From Acidimicrobiales bacterium (GTDB taxonomy: Bacteria > Actinomycetota > Acidimicrobiia > Acidimicrobiales > RAAP-2), in NCBI GenBank assembly GCA_035948855.1, contig DASZIT010000052.1, forward strand, positions 28,560-92,559: a stretch of 64,000 nt of DNA, given 5' to 3'. The notes beneath the pieces are model-generated. The model had not been told where the DNA came from, made no database searches, and worked only from the letters and a program-made list of their open reading frames with translations. Positions 41,617 through 51,047 of this stretch are shown here, piece after piece. How positions within the stretch are numbered: the first letter of the stretch is position 1; every line of letters begins with the position of its first letter. Position numbers and translations under genes: made by a program.

Positions 41617-41763
41617 TCAACGAATGCGGGGCGAAGGCGGTGACGATCCGTCGGCCTCGAGAAACGACGCCAAATCGCCCCAATCGTCTGGCTCATCGAG
41701 CGGGTGTTCGTCGTAGGCGGCATAGGCAGCGTCTCTACCGTCGGGTGGTGCGGGCAGGAACAT
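41617..41763 (-). CDS. Possible 48-aa acidic small protein downstream of yihY (weak)
   Basis: Hand translation gives [48 protein letters not shown]. The ATG is 6 nt after the YihY stop. Moderate GC3. No homology recognised. Confidence 0.2.
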   Translation of the reverse strand: MFLPAPPDGRDAAYAAYDEHPLDEPDDWGDLASFLEADGSSPPSPRIR

Positions 41764-41769
41764 CGGTGT

Positions 41770-42765
41770 TCAGTCTCCTCCAGACACCTGCCCGCTGGCG
41801 ACCCCGTCGGCAGCGTCCTCGGCCCGCCGGAGTGACCGGGGCCAGAGCCTCCGGGTCACCACCACGTTGAACTCCGCCCCGTAAACCGAGATGGTGGCGC
41901 CCAGAGCCAGCCACCACATCAGGCCGAGCACAGTGGCGAAGGTTCCGTAGAGGGCGGAGAGGTGCTTGAGTTGGTGGGCGACCAACTGGGCCCCGGCGAA
42001 CTGCAAGATCGTCCAGATGGTGCCGGCGAACAGCGCTCCCGGCCAGTAGTTCCGATCCTGGGGCGGGATATCGAGCAGGATCCGGAAGGCGTACCGGTAC
42101 ATGACGATGTTGACCGCGAAAGAGCCGACCAGCCCGATCCACACCGAGTACCCGCCCATGCCGCGGAAGGCTCCGAGTCCGGCCAACGCCCCGGCCCCGA
42201 TGAAGCCGACGCCGAGCACCGCCAAGAACCCCACGCCTCGGAGCTGCCGGGGCCAAAACCCCGGCAGGTCATCTCTCCCGATTCCCCAGACGCTGGCCAT
42301 CATCGCCTGGGCGCTCCGGCTGAGCCGCAATGCGCCATAGGTCAACCAGAGGAGCCCGACGCACAGCCCGAAGAGATTCCCGGTCGAGAGCTGATGCACG
42401 CTGTTGGTCACGTCCGACCCGACCACCGGGAACTGGCGCACCGCCGAGTTGATGATGTCGTCCTGCAGGTGCTTGTCACCGTGGAGGACCACCCCGAGTC
42501 CGGTCAGGAACACCAACAGCAGCGGGAACACCGCCATGAACGACGAGTAGGCGATCTGGCCGGCCAGCCGGCCGGCCTGGTCGTCGGAGAACTTCCGGAT
42601 GACCGCCGCGGCCACCGACGTGGCCGGTCGCCGTTGTTGCCAGGCGTCGAAGGTGTCGACGATCCCGGTGACGTGTCCCTTGACCGTCGCCCATCCCTTG
42701 CCCAGGACACCGCCCAGCTGGCCGATCACACCACCCCGGGCGACTCGGGCTGCCGGTTGGCTCAC
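41770..42765 (-). CDS. YihY/BrkB-family membrane protein
   Basis: FSDDQAGRLAGQIAYSSFMAVFPLLLVFLTGLG, multiple TM helices, and ...ISVYGAEFN. Confidence 0.88.
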   Translation of the reverse strand: MSQPAARVARGGVIGQLGGVLGKGWATVKGHVTGIVDTFDAWQQRRPATSVAAAVIRKFSDDQAGRLAGQIAYSSFMAVFPLLLVFLTGLGVVLHGDKHLQDDIINSAVRQFPVVGSDVTNSVHQLSTGNLFGLCVGLLWLTYGALRLSRSAQAMMASVWGIGRDDLPGFWPRQLRGVGFLAVLGVGFIGAGALAGLGAFRGMGGYSVWIGLVGSFAVNIVMYRYAFRILLDIPPQDRNYWPGALFAGTIWTILQFAGAQLVAHQLKHLSALYGTFATVLGLMWWLALGATISVYGAEFNVVVTRRLWPRSLRRAEDAADGVASGQVSGGD

Positions 42766-42813
42766 GGAAGGCGGCCGCCCGCCGCGCTCAGCGGCCGCAT
42801 CCGAGCCAACCGT

Positions 42814-43647
42814 TCAAAGAATCGGCTCGACCAGCAGGTCCTGCACGGCCCGGCCGATCCGCCCCTCCAGGTCCCACAGCACCGATTCGGTACTGCCGAT
42901 GCCCGGGGTACCGAACCGGGTGCGGGAGTCGAGGCAGATCCACTCCCCGACCGGGGGACGGTTGAGCGATACCGAGATGTCGGGATTGATGAAGATGTTG
43001 GAGGCGAAGTCGAGCTCGGCGGAGATGCCGTTCCCGAAGTCGCTGACCGCCGCAGCTCGTTGCCACGGGGAGGGCTGTTCGCCGGCAACCACCGGCTGGC
43101 GCAACCGGAACCAGGCCGCCGCCGGGCCGATGGCGTCGAACCGACCTTTGACGAAGCGGATCTCGACTCCCTCGTTGTGGAAGGCCCGATAGCCATCGGT
43201 CATGTTCGGGGTGCGAACGCCATCCTCCGGTGGAGGCGGTGGATCATCTTCGGCCACCGTCGCCACCGCCCGGCAGGCTTCCGGGGCCACCCGGATCCGC
43301 AACGCCCGGGCCCAGGCCACTTCGATCCCCCCGGATTCGACCACCGCGTCGACCAACTGCACCTTCCGGCCCGGCCTCACCAGGAAGGCGGTGACATTCA
43401 ACCGGGACGTCGGTACCGGGCGGAGCAGTTCGAGGGTGAGGCGGGCCAGCTGCTGGCCGCCCTCGGGTGAGCACTGCTCGATGGTCCGGACCACCAGGGC
43501 CGCCACCGGTCCGCCGTGGAGCGCCTTGGGTGTCCAGGGCCCCCGGGCCAGATCGGTCGGGAGGAAACTGTTGCCATCGGGGATGAACAGCGCTTCATCG
43601 GATCCCTCCGGTCCTGGGTGTTCATCCCCCGGTGGGGCTGACGTCAT
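42814..43647 (-). CDS. Thioesterase-superfamily protein (TesB-like double hot-dog)
   Basis: FLPTDLARGPWTPKALHGGPVAALVVRTIE..., 277 aa. Assignment by pattern recall only. Confidence 0.65.
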   Translation of the reverse strand: MTSAPPGDEHPGPEGSDEALFIPDGNSFLPTDLARGPWTPKALHGGPVAALVVRTIEQCSPEGGQQLARLTLELLRPVPTSRLNVTAFLVRPGRKVQLVDAVVESGGIEVAWARALRIRVAPEACRAVATVAEDDPPPPPEDGVRTPNMTDGYRAFHNEGVEIRFVKGRFDAIGPAAAWFRLRQPVVAGEQPSPWQRAAAVSDFGNGISAELDFASNIFINPDISVSLNRPPVGEWICLDSRTRFGTPGIGSTESVLWDLEGRIGRAVQDLLVEPIL

Positions 43648-43676
43648 CTGTCTCCTCTAGCGCCTGGCCATCTCCG

Positions 43677-44600
43677 TCACCGCGCCGGGAGTGCGGCGGT
43701 GATGAGCGTGGCGATCTCGGTATAACCGACCGTACGCGGATGGATGTCGTTGTACTTGCAGAAGAAGGTCAGCTGGCAGACCCGGGCGACTGCCACCGGG
43801 ATGGTGCCGTAAGGGGGGAGGCTGGTGGTCTCGGAGAACGGCGTGTAGGCGCCGGTGGCGGCGGTCACGTCCACGAACGACGCGCCGATGGCGGCGTAGT
43901 CCTTCTGGAGCGCAGGATTGATCAGGCTCATGAACGCCGTCACCGAGATCGACGCCAGACTCTTGTCGGCCGGTTTGGGGGACAGGTAGTCGCCGAGAAT
44001 CACATCCGGGTAGGTGGTGCCGACGATGGGCACGCCGGCACCCGCCGCCGCCCGGACGCCGGGGAGCAGGACGCCGAGATCGGTGTTGATGGTGGTGAGG
44101 GCCTTGCTCACGCAGCCGACCGGATCGGCATTGGTGGCGCAAGCGGTGAGGTCGTTTCCCCCGATCGAGACCGTGACCAGCCCGACCTTTCCCGGGTGCC
44201 CGGTCATGAACGCCTCGGCCGCCGCCGCCTGCGACTGCTTCGGATAGGTCGGTGCCCCGGGCCCGAGCAGCGGGCAGCCCTTGCTATTCAACATCGATGC
44301 CGACGTGGCCCCGCCGCACCCGAAGTTCACCAGCGCCAGGTGGTAGCCCCGGGCCGTGGCCAGTTGGGGAAGCTGGTAGGCGAATCCATTGGTGGTGGTG
44401 TGCCCGACCCCCTTGGGGCCGGTCGGCTGGAACCCAGCTGCGTAGGAGTCGCCCAGCGACACGTAGTACTGGCTGCCGGTTGCCAACGTGGTCGTGGTGA
44501 CCGCGGCCGGCGACGACGTGCTGCAGGCGGACAACCCGAAACCCAGCACAACGAAGGCGGCCACCAGAGCCGAGGTGCGACGCCGGTTGGGCCCGATCAT
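43677..44600 (-). CDS. SGNH/GDSL-hydrolase lipoprotein
   Basis: Lipobox VVLGFGLSAC, block I YVSLGDSYAAG, block III SIGGNDL, block V NDIHP. ATG at 44600. The rest of track ORF 43677..45557 is spurious. Confidence 0.85.
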   Translation of the reverse strand: MIGPNRRRTSALVAAFVVLGFGLSACSTSSPAAVTTTTLATGSQYYVSLGDSYAAGFQPTGPKGVGHTTTNGFAYQLPQLATARGYHLALVNFGCGGATSASMLNSKGCPLLGPGAPTYPKQSQAAAAEAFMTGHPGKVGLVTVSIGGNDLTACATNADPVGCVSKALTTINTDLGVLLPGVRAAAGAGVPIVGTTYPDVILGDYLSPKPADKSLASISVTAFMSLINPALQKDYAAIGASFVDVTAATGAYTPFSETTSLPPYGTIPVAVARVCQLTFFCKYNDIHPRTVGYTEIATLITAALPAR

Positions 44601-44714
44601 GGGATGGAACCTAGTGTCTGGGCAGCTCGTTGTCCTCGATTCGGACCGGCAACCGCGCACCGCTAGTGTCTGCGGGACCATCCGAACAGACATGACAACC
44701 ATCCAGGGGGGACT

Positions 44715-45098
44715 GTGGGACACGGACAGGCAGCAATCGACATCGACGGATCGGCCGACGACGTATGGGCCCTGATCGGCGACTTCGGCGGGATCGGCAC
44801 CTGGATGCCGGGGATCGATTCCTGTCGGGTCGAGGGCGAAGATCGGATTCTGGAGACCATGGGGATGGAGATCACCGAACGGCTGGTGTCGAAGGACGAC
44901 GCCGGCCGGGTGCTCACCTACTCCATCACCAAGGGGGCCCCGGTGGAGACCCACCAGGCGGTCATCGCGGTCACCCCGACCGGGAGCACCTCGCATGTGA
45001 CCTGGGACATCGACGCCACCCCCGATGAGATGACCGACGTGATGGCCACCATCTACCAGCAGTCGCTCGAGGCGCTCAAGACCCGCGTCGAAGCCTGA
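44715..45098 (+). CDS. SRPBCC family protein
   Basis: AAIDIDGSADDVWALIGDFGGIGTWMPGI. 127 aa. Confidence 0.75.
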   Translation: MGHGQAAIDIDGSADDVWALIGDFGGIGTWMPGIDSCRVEGEDRILETMGMEITERLVSKDDAGRVLTYSITKGAPVETHQAVIAVTPTGSTSHVTWDIDATPDEMTDVMATIYQQSLEALKTRVEA

Positions 45099-45119
45099 GC
45101 CCGAGGGCATCCGGGACCG

Positions 45120-45605
45120 ATGGCCAACCACGAGGTCGCGGAGGCCAGTGAAATTTCCACCGCCCGACCGCGCTGGTCGTTCACCCAGCTGTCCCGTTCC
45201 CGCGCCCCGGTGGACGCCGTCTGGCCGCTGGTCGGGGAGGCCCGGCGGTGGAAGGACTGGGCGTTCCTGACCCGCAGCGACCTGGTGCGAGAAGGCGTCC
45301 CCGCTCCCGACGGGGTGGGGGCGGTGCGCCGGTTCACCCTCTTCGGGGTCGGCTCCCGCGAGGAAGTCCTGGCCTGGGAACCTCCCACCCACCTCGCCTA
45401 TACCTTGCTGCGCGGGTTTCCGGTCCGCGATTATCGAGCCGACGTCATCATCACCCCGAACCGGGATGGGAGCACCCTCACCTGGTCGGTCCAGTTCAAC
45501 CCCAAAGTCACCGGAACCGGGGCGGTGATGTGGGTGGTCCTCCGCCTCCTCATCCACGGATTTGCCCGGGACGTCTGTCGTTTTGCCGATCGCCAGTTGA
45601 CCTGA
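45120..45605 (+). CDS. SRPBCC family protein (second of a tandem pair)
   Basis: SRAPVDAVWPLVGEARRWKDWA...EEVLAWEPPTHLAYTLL. 161 aa. Confidence 0.7.
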   Translation: MANHEVAEASEISTARPRWSFTQLSRSRAPVDAVWPLVGEARRWKDWAFLTRSDLVREGVPAPDGVGAVRRFTLFGVGSREEVLAWEPPTHLAYTLLRGFPVRDYRADVIITPNRDGSTLTWSVQFNPKVTGTGAVMWVVLRLLIHGFARDVCRFADRQLT

Positions 45606-45608
45606 GGC

Positions 45609-46958
45609 TCACCCGACCAGGAGCCGGCGGGACCGGGCTTCCACCTGACCCCGCGCCTCATCGACATCGACGGTAAGACACTGTCCGTCGGCCACCACCT
45701 GTCGCCCGGCCACCCAGACATCGGTCACCAACCGGCTCGATCCCGACCACACCACGTGCTCGACCAGCTGTGCGTCCTGGTGGAGCGGACCCAACACCGA
45801 GTCCTCCAGGTTGACCAGCACCATGTCGGCCCGCGACCCGGGCGCCAGGGTGCCCAGGTCCGGACGGCCGAGCACTTCTCCGCCACTTCGGGTGGCCAGG
45901 GCCAGGGCGCTCGCCGCCGGCATCGCCGCGGCGTCCCGGTCGCGGATGCGGGCCACCAGAGCGGCGAACCGCATCTCTTCCCACATGTCCAGGCCGTTGT
46001 TGGAAGCCGGGCCGTCGGTTCCCAGCCCGACCCGGATTCCTTCGGCCAACATCCGGGTGAGCGGCGCCACCCCCGAGGCCAGCTTGGCGTTGCTCCGCGG
46101 GCAGTGGGCGACGGCGACGTCGTGGCGCCGGTAGAGGGCGATATCGGAGTCCGACAGCCAGATGCTGTGGGCGGCGATGACCCGGCCGTCGAGGGCCCCG
46201 ATATCGGCCAGCGCCTCCGGTACCGATCGCCGGTGCTCGGCGGCGTAGCTCGCCACCTCACCCTCGGTCTCGGCGATGTGTATCTGCAAGATGGCATCGA
46301 GCTGCTGGGCCGCCGCGGCCACCTCGGCCAGTACCGGCAGCGGCACGGTGTAGGCGGCATGGGGCCCGAAGCCGACCTCGATGCGACCACCCTCCCCATG
46401 ACGGCGGGCATGGAAGTCGATGACCTCGTCGAGCCGCTTGGCCCACCAGTCCTCCCGGCGGGAGGCGTCTTCCCCCGGCGGGATCAGTGGTATCACCGCC
46501 GGCGTGATGACCGCCCGGGATCCGGCCGCCATCACCGCGTCGGCCACGGCATCCTCGAAGAAGTACATCTCGCAGGTGGTGGTCACCCCCCGCGACAGCA
46601 GCTCGGCGGCGGCCAGGGTCATCCCCCAGAACACGTCGTCGCCGGTCAATCTCGCCTCCCGGGGCCAGAGCACCTCTTCGAGCCAGCGGAGGAGCGGCAG
46701 GTTCTCCCCGGTGCCCCGGAACAGGATCATCGGCGAGTGGCAGTGCACGTTGACGAAGCCGGGAATCACGAGCCCGGTGAGTCGTACCTCCCGGGGTGGC
46801 GTTGCCCCGGCGGCGTCCTCCCCGTCACGGGGAGGACCAACGTAGGTGACGGTGTCGCCCACCACCTCGACCTCGCCGGGTCGGAACACCCGCCCGGTCC
46901 CGTCGTTCGGGAGCACGGCATCAACCCGATAGCGGATGGGCTCCGGCGTTCCTTCCAT
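45609..46958 (-). CDS. Amidohydrolase, MTA/SAH-deaminase (MtaD)-like
   Basis: PGFVNVHCHSPMILFRGTGENLPLLRWLEEVLWPRE, GVTTTCEMYF, IHIAETEGE and GLGTDGPASNN. Confidence 0.8.
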   Translation of the reverse strand: MEGTPEPIRYRVDAVLPNDGTGRVFRPGEVEVVGDTVTYVGPPRDGEDAAGATPPREVRLTGLVIPGFVNVHCHSPMILFRGTGENLPLLRWLEEVLWPREARLTGDDVFWGMTLAAAELLSRGVTTTCEMYFFEDAVADAVMAAGSRAVITPAVIPLIPPGEDASRREDWWAKRLDEVIDFHARRHGEGGRIEVGFGPHAAYTVPLPVLAEVAAAAQQLDAILQIHIAETEGEVASYAAEHRRSVPEALADIGALDGRVIAAHSIWLSDSDIALYRRHDVAVAHCPRSNAKLASGVAPLTRMLAEGIRVGLGTDGPASNNGLDMWEEMRFAALVARIRDRDAAAMPAASALALATRSGGEVLGRPDLGTLAPGSRADMVLVNLEDSVLGPLHQDAQLVEHVVWSGSSRLVTDVWVAGRQVVADGQCLTVDVDEARGQVEARSRRLLVG

Positions 46959-46994
46959 CAGGCGGTGGAAGGCGCCCAGGCGGTGGAAGGCGCC
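46959..46994. repeat. Perfect 18-bp tandem duplication abutting the start codon of the deaminase gene
   Basis: CAGGCGGTGGAAGGCGCC occurs twice (46959-46976 and 46977-46994), directly upstream on the minus strand of ATG 46958. Confidence 0.9.
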
Positions 46995-47047
46995 GGCCCC
47001 GGCCCGGTGTCAGCCCCCCGGAAGGACGCGCCGATGGCGATGGGCAC

Positions 47048-48112
47048 TCACGAACTCCAACGGAACTGGGGCAGCCGGTCGGGCCGGACGTACCCGGCGT
47101 CGGCAAACCAGTGGGCGGCGCGGGCCAGGGCGGCGCCGGCCGGACGCGAGTGGTAGCCCAACTCGCGGCGGGCCCGGGAATCGTCGAACGACATCTGGGT
47201 GGTGGACATCTTGGCGGCTTCGAGGGGGATGGTCGGTTCCCGGTGGAGGAGTCGGCCCTCGATGACGTCCGAGACGGTGGCGGCGAAGACGGCCAGGGAG
47301 CTCGGGACCCGCCGGGTCGGGGCCGACAGCCCGGTGGTGCCGGCCAGCGAGGCGAGGATCTGCTGGAGCGACAGATTCTCACCCCCGAGGATGTAGCTCC
47401 GGCCGAGTGATCCCCGCTCGGCGGCCAGCAGGTGTCCGTGGGCCACGTCATCCACATCGACGATGTTGAGGGTGGTGTCGACAAAGGCGGGGAACCGGCC
47501 GTTGAGGAACTCGAGGACGGTTCGGCCCGTCGGTGTCGGTCCCCGGTCGCCGGGACCCACCGGGGTGGTGGGTTGGACCAGTACCACCGGGAGCCCCTGG
47601 GCCGCGGCCCGCAACACCTCGTGCTCGGCCACGTACTTCGATTGCTTGTACAAGCCGAACAGATGGTCCACCTGGGCGTAGGAGGTCTCGTCCACCGGGG
47701 CTCCGACGGTGGCGCCGCGGAGGCCGAGCGTCCCCACCGTCGAGGTGTAGACGATCCGCTCGACCCCCGCATCCTCCGCTGCTTCCAGCAGGTTGCGGGT
47801 ACCGACCACATTGACGTCATAGAAGGACTGGGGGTCGGCGGCCCAAAACCGGTAGAGCGCCGCCAGGTGGAACACCGTCCGGGCCCCGTTGACCGCCTTG
47901 GCCACCCCGTCGGCGTCACGGAGGTCGACGACGACCTGTTCGACGTCCAAGCCGTCGAGGTTGCGGGTGTCCCCCTCGGGTTGCACCAGCGCCACCACCC
48001 GGGTGCCGCGGCCCAGCAGTTCCCGGGTCACGGCCGACCCGATGAATCCGGCGGCACCGGTAACCACCACCCGGTCTCCGGGCTCCAGTGAGTAGGTAGC
48101 CGGGAGGGTCAC
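47048..48112 (-). CDS. NAD-dependent epimerase/dehydratase (extended SDR, HpnA/dihydroflavonol-reductase-like)
   Basis: VVVTGAAGFIGSAVTREL and YKQSKYVAE. The GTG start overlaps the aminotransferase stop (GTGA). Confidence 0.85.
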   Translation of the reverse strand: MTLPATYSLEPGDRVVVTGAAGFIGSAVTRELLGRGTRVVALVQPEGDTRNLDGLDVEQVVVDLRDADGVAKAVNGARTVFHLAALYRFWAADPQSFYDVNVVGTRNLLEAAEDAGVERIVYTSTVGTLGLRGATVGAPVDETSYAQVDHLFGLYKQSKYVAEHEVLRAAAQGLPVVLVQPTTPVGPGDRGPTPTGRTVLEFLNGRFPAFVDTTLNIVDVDDVAHGHLLAAERGSLGRSYILGGENLSLQQILASLAGTTGLSAPTRRVPSSLAVFAATVSDVIEGRLLHREPTIPLEAAKMSTTQMSFDDSRARRELGYHSRPAGAALARAAHWFADAGYVRPDRLPQFRWSS

Positions 48113-49509
48113 CGGGGAGCCGGGACTTTATGACGGCGCAAGGTATTGATGGTCATTGACTTCCCCACCTCGAGCAGCAGCCCCGAGCTCCGCTCGGCAT
48201 CGCCGAGGACGTCATCGAGGGCCGACACGAACAGCTTGATCTCCGGTTCACCGATGATGAGGGGGGGTAGCAGTTTGATGATGTTGACGTTGTCGGCCGC
48301 CACCTGGGTGAGGATGTGATGGCGGTGGAACAGCGGCACCACGATCAATTGCGAGAACATCCCTTTTCGGGCCAGCTCCATCAGCCGGTACCGGGTGCGC
48401 GGGCCACGGCCGGAGGGGGCGGCGAACTCCAACCCGATCATCAGGCCCATGCCCCGCACCTCCTGGAGTACTTCGTACTTCGCCACCAACGGGGCCAACG
48501 CCTCCATGAACCGCTCCCCGTTCCGCCGGGAGCGTGCCACGATGTCCTCGTCGTCGATGACCCCGAGGGTGGCCAAGCCGGCCACCATCGCCAGCTGGTT
48601 CCTCGAGAAGGTGGACGAGTGCACCACCGCCCGGTCCATGGTGTTGTAGACGGCGTCGAACACCTTGGCCGAAGTCAGCACCGCGCCGACCGGAATGTAG
48701 CCGCCGGACAGCGCCTTCGACACCGTGATGATGTCGGGTTGCAGGTCCCAGTGCTCGTGGCACAGGAACCGGCCGGTGCGCCCGAGGCCGGTCTGGACCT
48801 CGTCGATGACCAGCAGGGCGCCATGGGTCCGACACAGGGCCTGGGCTTCCGGCCAGAACCCGTCGGGAGCCATGTAGACCCCCTTCCCCTGGATGGGCTC
48901 GACCACGAAGGCGGCAACGTCTCCCCGCCCCAGCTCTCGGGCCAGGGCATCGAGGTCCCCGAAGGGGATCTGGTCGACCTTGGGCAGGAGGGGTTCGAAT
49001 CCGTCCCGGAACTCGCGTCCGCCGTTGAGCGAGAGGGCACCGTTGGTGAGCCCGTGGAACGCGTGGTCGCAGTAGAGGATCCGTCCCCGGCCGGTCGCGC
49101 ACCGGGCGAACTTGATGGCGGCCTCGGTCGCCTCCGCCCCCGAGTTGGTGAAGGTCACCCGCTCGATCCCCGGGTGGGTCCTGGCCACCAGGGCTTCGGC
49201 CAGAAGCCCGGGAAGCAGGGCGCAGTCGAGCTGCACCATGTTGGGCAGATCGGCGTCGAGCGCCTGATGGAGGGCGTCCTTGATGACCGGGTGGCTCCGG
49301 CCGAGAGCGTAGACGCCGAAGCCGGAGAGAAAGTCGAGGTAGCTGTCGCCCTTGTCGTCGACCAGGTACGACCCCTCGCCCCGCACATAGTGCCGGTCGA
49401 AGCCGATCGTACGGAGCACCTTGACGAGCTGCGGGTTCAGGAATTGGGTGTGCAGGTCGAAACTGTCCCGTTGGTATCCCCCCAGCACTGCGTTCAGATC
49501 GAACGCCAT
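48109..49509 (-). CDS. Class III (ornithine/putrescine-type) PLP aminotransferase
   Basis: FTNSGAEATEAAIKFAR, IDEVQTGLGRTG and PLP lysine in ITVSKALSGG. ATG at 49509. Confidence 0.88.
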   Translation of the reverse strand: MAFDLNAVLGGYQRDSFDLHTQFLNPQLVKVLRTIGFDRHYVRGEGSYLVDDKGDSYLDFLSGFGVYALGRSHPVIKDALHQALDADLPNMVQLDCALLPGLLAEALVARTHPGIERVTFTNSGAEATEAAIKFARCATGRGRILYCDHAFHGLTNGALSLNGGREFRDGFEPLLPKVDQIPFGDLDALARELGRGDVAAFVVEPIQGKGVYMAPDGFWPEAQALCRTHGALLVIDEVQTGLGRTGRFLCHEHWDLQPDIITVSKALSGGYIPVGAVLTSAKVFDAVYNTMDRAVVHSSTFSRNQLAMVAGLATLGVIDDEDIVARSRRNGERFMEALAPLVAKYEVLQEVRGMGLMIGLEFAAPSGRGPRTRYRLMELARKGMFSQLIVVPLFHRHHILTQVAADNVNIIKLLPPLIIGEPEIKLFVSALDDVLGDAERSSGLLLEVGKSMTINTLRRHKVPAPR

Positions 49510-49712
49510 CGATGGACTCCTGTTCTGCGGTTCACGCTTCGGTGCCGGACGTGGCGGGTGCGGCCATGGACGCCGGCGTGTTGGCGCCCGCAAGCCGTCG
49601 CCCACCAGCGGGGCCACAATAACGCCACCCGACCTCCCGGCCCGCTCGCTGTCACTCCCGAGCCGATGACGGCAACGATCCCTACGGTCAGTGCAACCGC
49701 GCGTACGCTCCG

Positions 49713-50978
49713 TCAGGTGCAGGCGGAGATGTCGATGCCGTGGGTCCCGGTCGGCTGATATGGGTCGGGAGCGGCGACCCCGGCGAACCGGTCGGAGATC
49801 CAGTGGACCATGTCCGGCACTGACACCGCGATCACGCCCGCGTGGTTGAACCCCGGGTAGACCCAGCGCTGCGCCTCCTGGCCGATGGCGCACTCGTGCT
49901 GCTCGAGTATCTGGGTGGTCGCCACCGGGATCTGCTCGTCGGCGCCCCCCTGGATGATGAGCAGCGGCGCCGGGCTGGCGGTGGTGAGTTGCCCGGGGTC
50001 GTTGGCAATCTCGAGTTGCTTCCAGGCCGGAACCGTGGAGGGGTCAACCTTGATGAGCTGACTGGTCGAATACTTCTGGGTCTGGGCGGCGATGTAGCCG
50101 GAGCAACCCTGCTCGAGGATGGGCAGCAGCGAGATGGCCTTGGGCGTGGCCACCTCCGACAGCGGGGCCACGGTGTTCCCGTAGGCACTGTTCCAGCCGG
50201 CACCGACCATCAACAGGTAGTACTTGAACGGGCTGGTCTTCAAGAAGTCGTAGATGAACTGGAACTGGGAGGGCGGTGCCCCGGCGACCACTCCCTTGAG
50301 GGTCAGCTCCGGTGCGTAGGTGCCCCCGATGGCCAACGAGAACATGGCGGTCTGGCCGCCCTCGGAATGGCCCCACACCACGTAGTTGGTGCTGGCCCTC
50401 GCCGCCGCCAGGTGCCGGGCGGCGCGCACGATGTCGATGGTGTTGCGGGCGGCCGAGACACCCACCACATACGGCAACAACCCGGGAGTCCCCTCCCCCT
50501 GGTAGTCGCTGGCGGTCACCTCCCACCCCTGGGCGAGGAGCGCGTTCTGCTCGGGCACCGCGCTGGCCGGTGCCAGTGATGGCGCACACTGGTCGGCCAT
50601 GCCGTTGGTGCCGTGCCCCCAGCTGACGATCGGATACCCGGTGGCCGGCGCCGGGGTGTTCGGGACCATGATCAGTCCGGTGACCAGAACCGGAGCCCCG
50701 TGGACGTCCTCGGACACGTACATGACCCGGTAGACGGTTCCGTGAATCGCTCCGCTCGGGACCTTCTCGGATTTGATCAGTGCACCCGGGGTGTTCGACG
50801 GGAGCTTGTTCGGCACCGCGTAGAAGGAGGGCATGGTGAACGACGGGCTCGCCGATGACCCACACCCGCTCACCGCCAGCCCGGCCACCAACGCCAGCGA
50901 ACCGATGGCGGCCAGGCGGCCCAGGCGACGGTGCCTCCGCCTTCCGACCCGGTACCCAGCCAGCTTGACGTGACGCAT
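49713..50978 (-). CDS. Secreted lipase-family alpha/beta hydrolase lipoprotein
   Basis: Lipobox LAVSGC and nucleophile elbow VVWGHSEGGQTAM. 421 aa. Confidence 0.8.
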   Translation of the reverse strand: MRHVKLAGYRVGRRRHRRLGRLAAIGSLALVAGLAVSGCGSSASPSFTMPSFYAVPNKLPSNTPGALIKSEKVPSGAIHGTVYRVMYVSEDVHGAPVLVTGLIMVPNTPAPATGYPIVSWGHGTNGMADQCAPSLAPASAVPEQNALLAQGWEVTASDYQGEGTPGLLPYVVGVSAARNTIDIVRAARHLAAARASTNYVVWGHSEGGQTAMFSLAIGGTYAPELTLKGVVAGAPPSQFQFIYDFLKTSPFKYYLLMVGAGWNSAYGNTVAPLSEVATPKAISLLPILEQGCSGYIAAQTQKYSTSQLIKVDPSTVPAWKQLEIANDPGQLTTASPAPLLIIQGGADEQIPVATTQILEQHECAIGQEAQRWVYPGFNHAGVIAVSVPDMVHWISDRFAGVAAPDPYQPTGTHGIDISACT

Positions 50979-51047
50979 ACGTGGCCCCCCCGGACGCGAT
51001 GGCCAAGAGGGTAGTACGGGAGGCGGCCCCGATGAGGTACCGGTCCC

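Noticed and set aside
43677-45557. 626-aa ORF
   Set aside because: Only the last 307 aa (lipobox plus SGNH blocks) are credible. The upstream part runs antisense through two SRPBCC genes.
45609-49509. Hopanoid side-chain (hpnA/hpnO) cluster
   Set aside because: An epimerase and a class III aminotransferase alone are not diagnostic. No squalene-hopene cyclase, hpnH radical SAM or hpnG gene is in the window.
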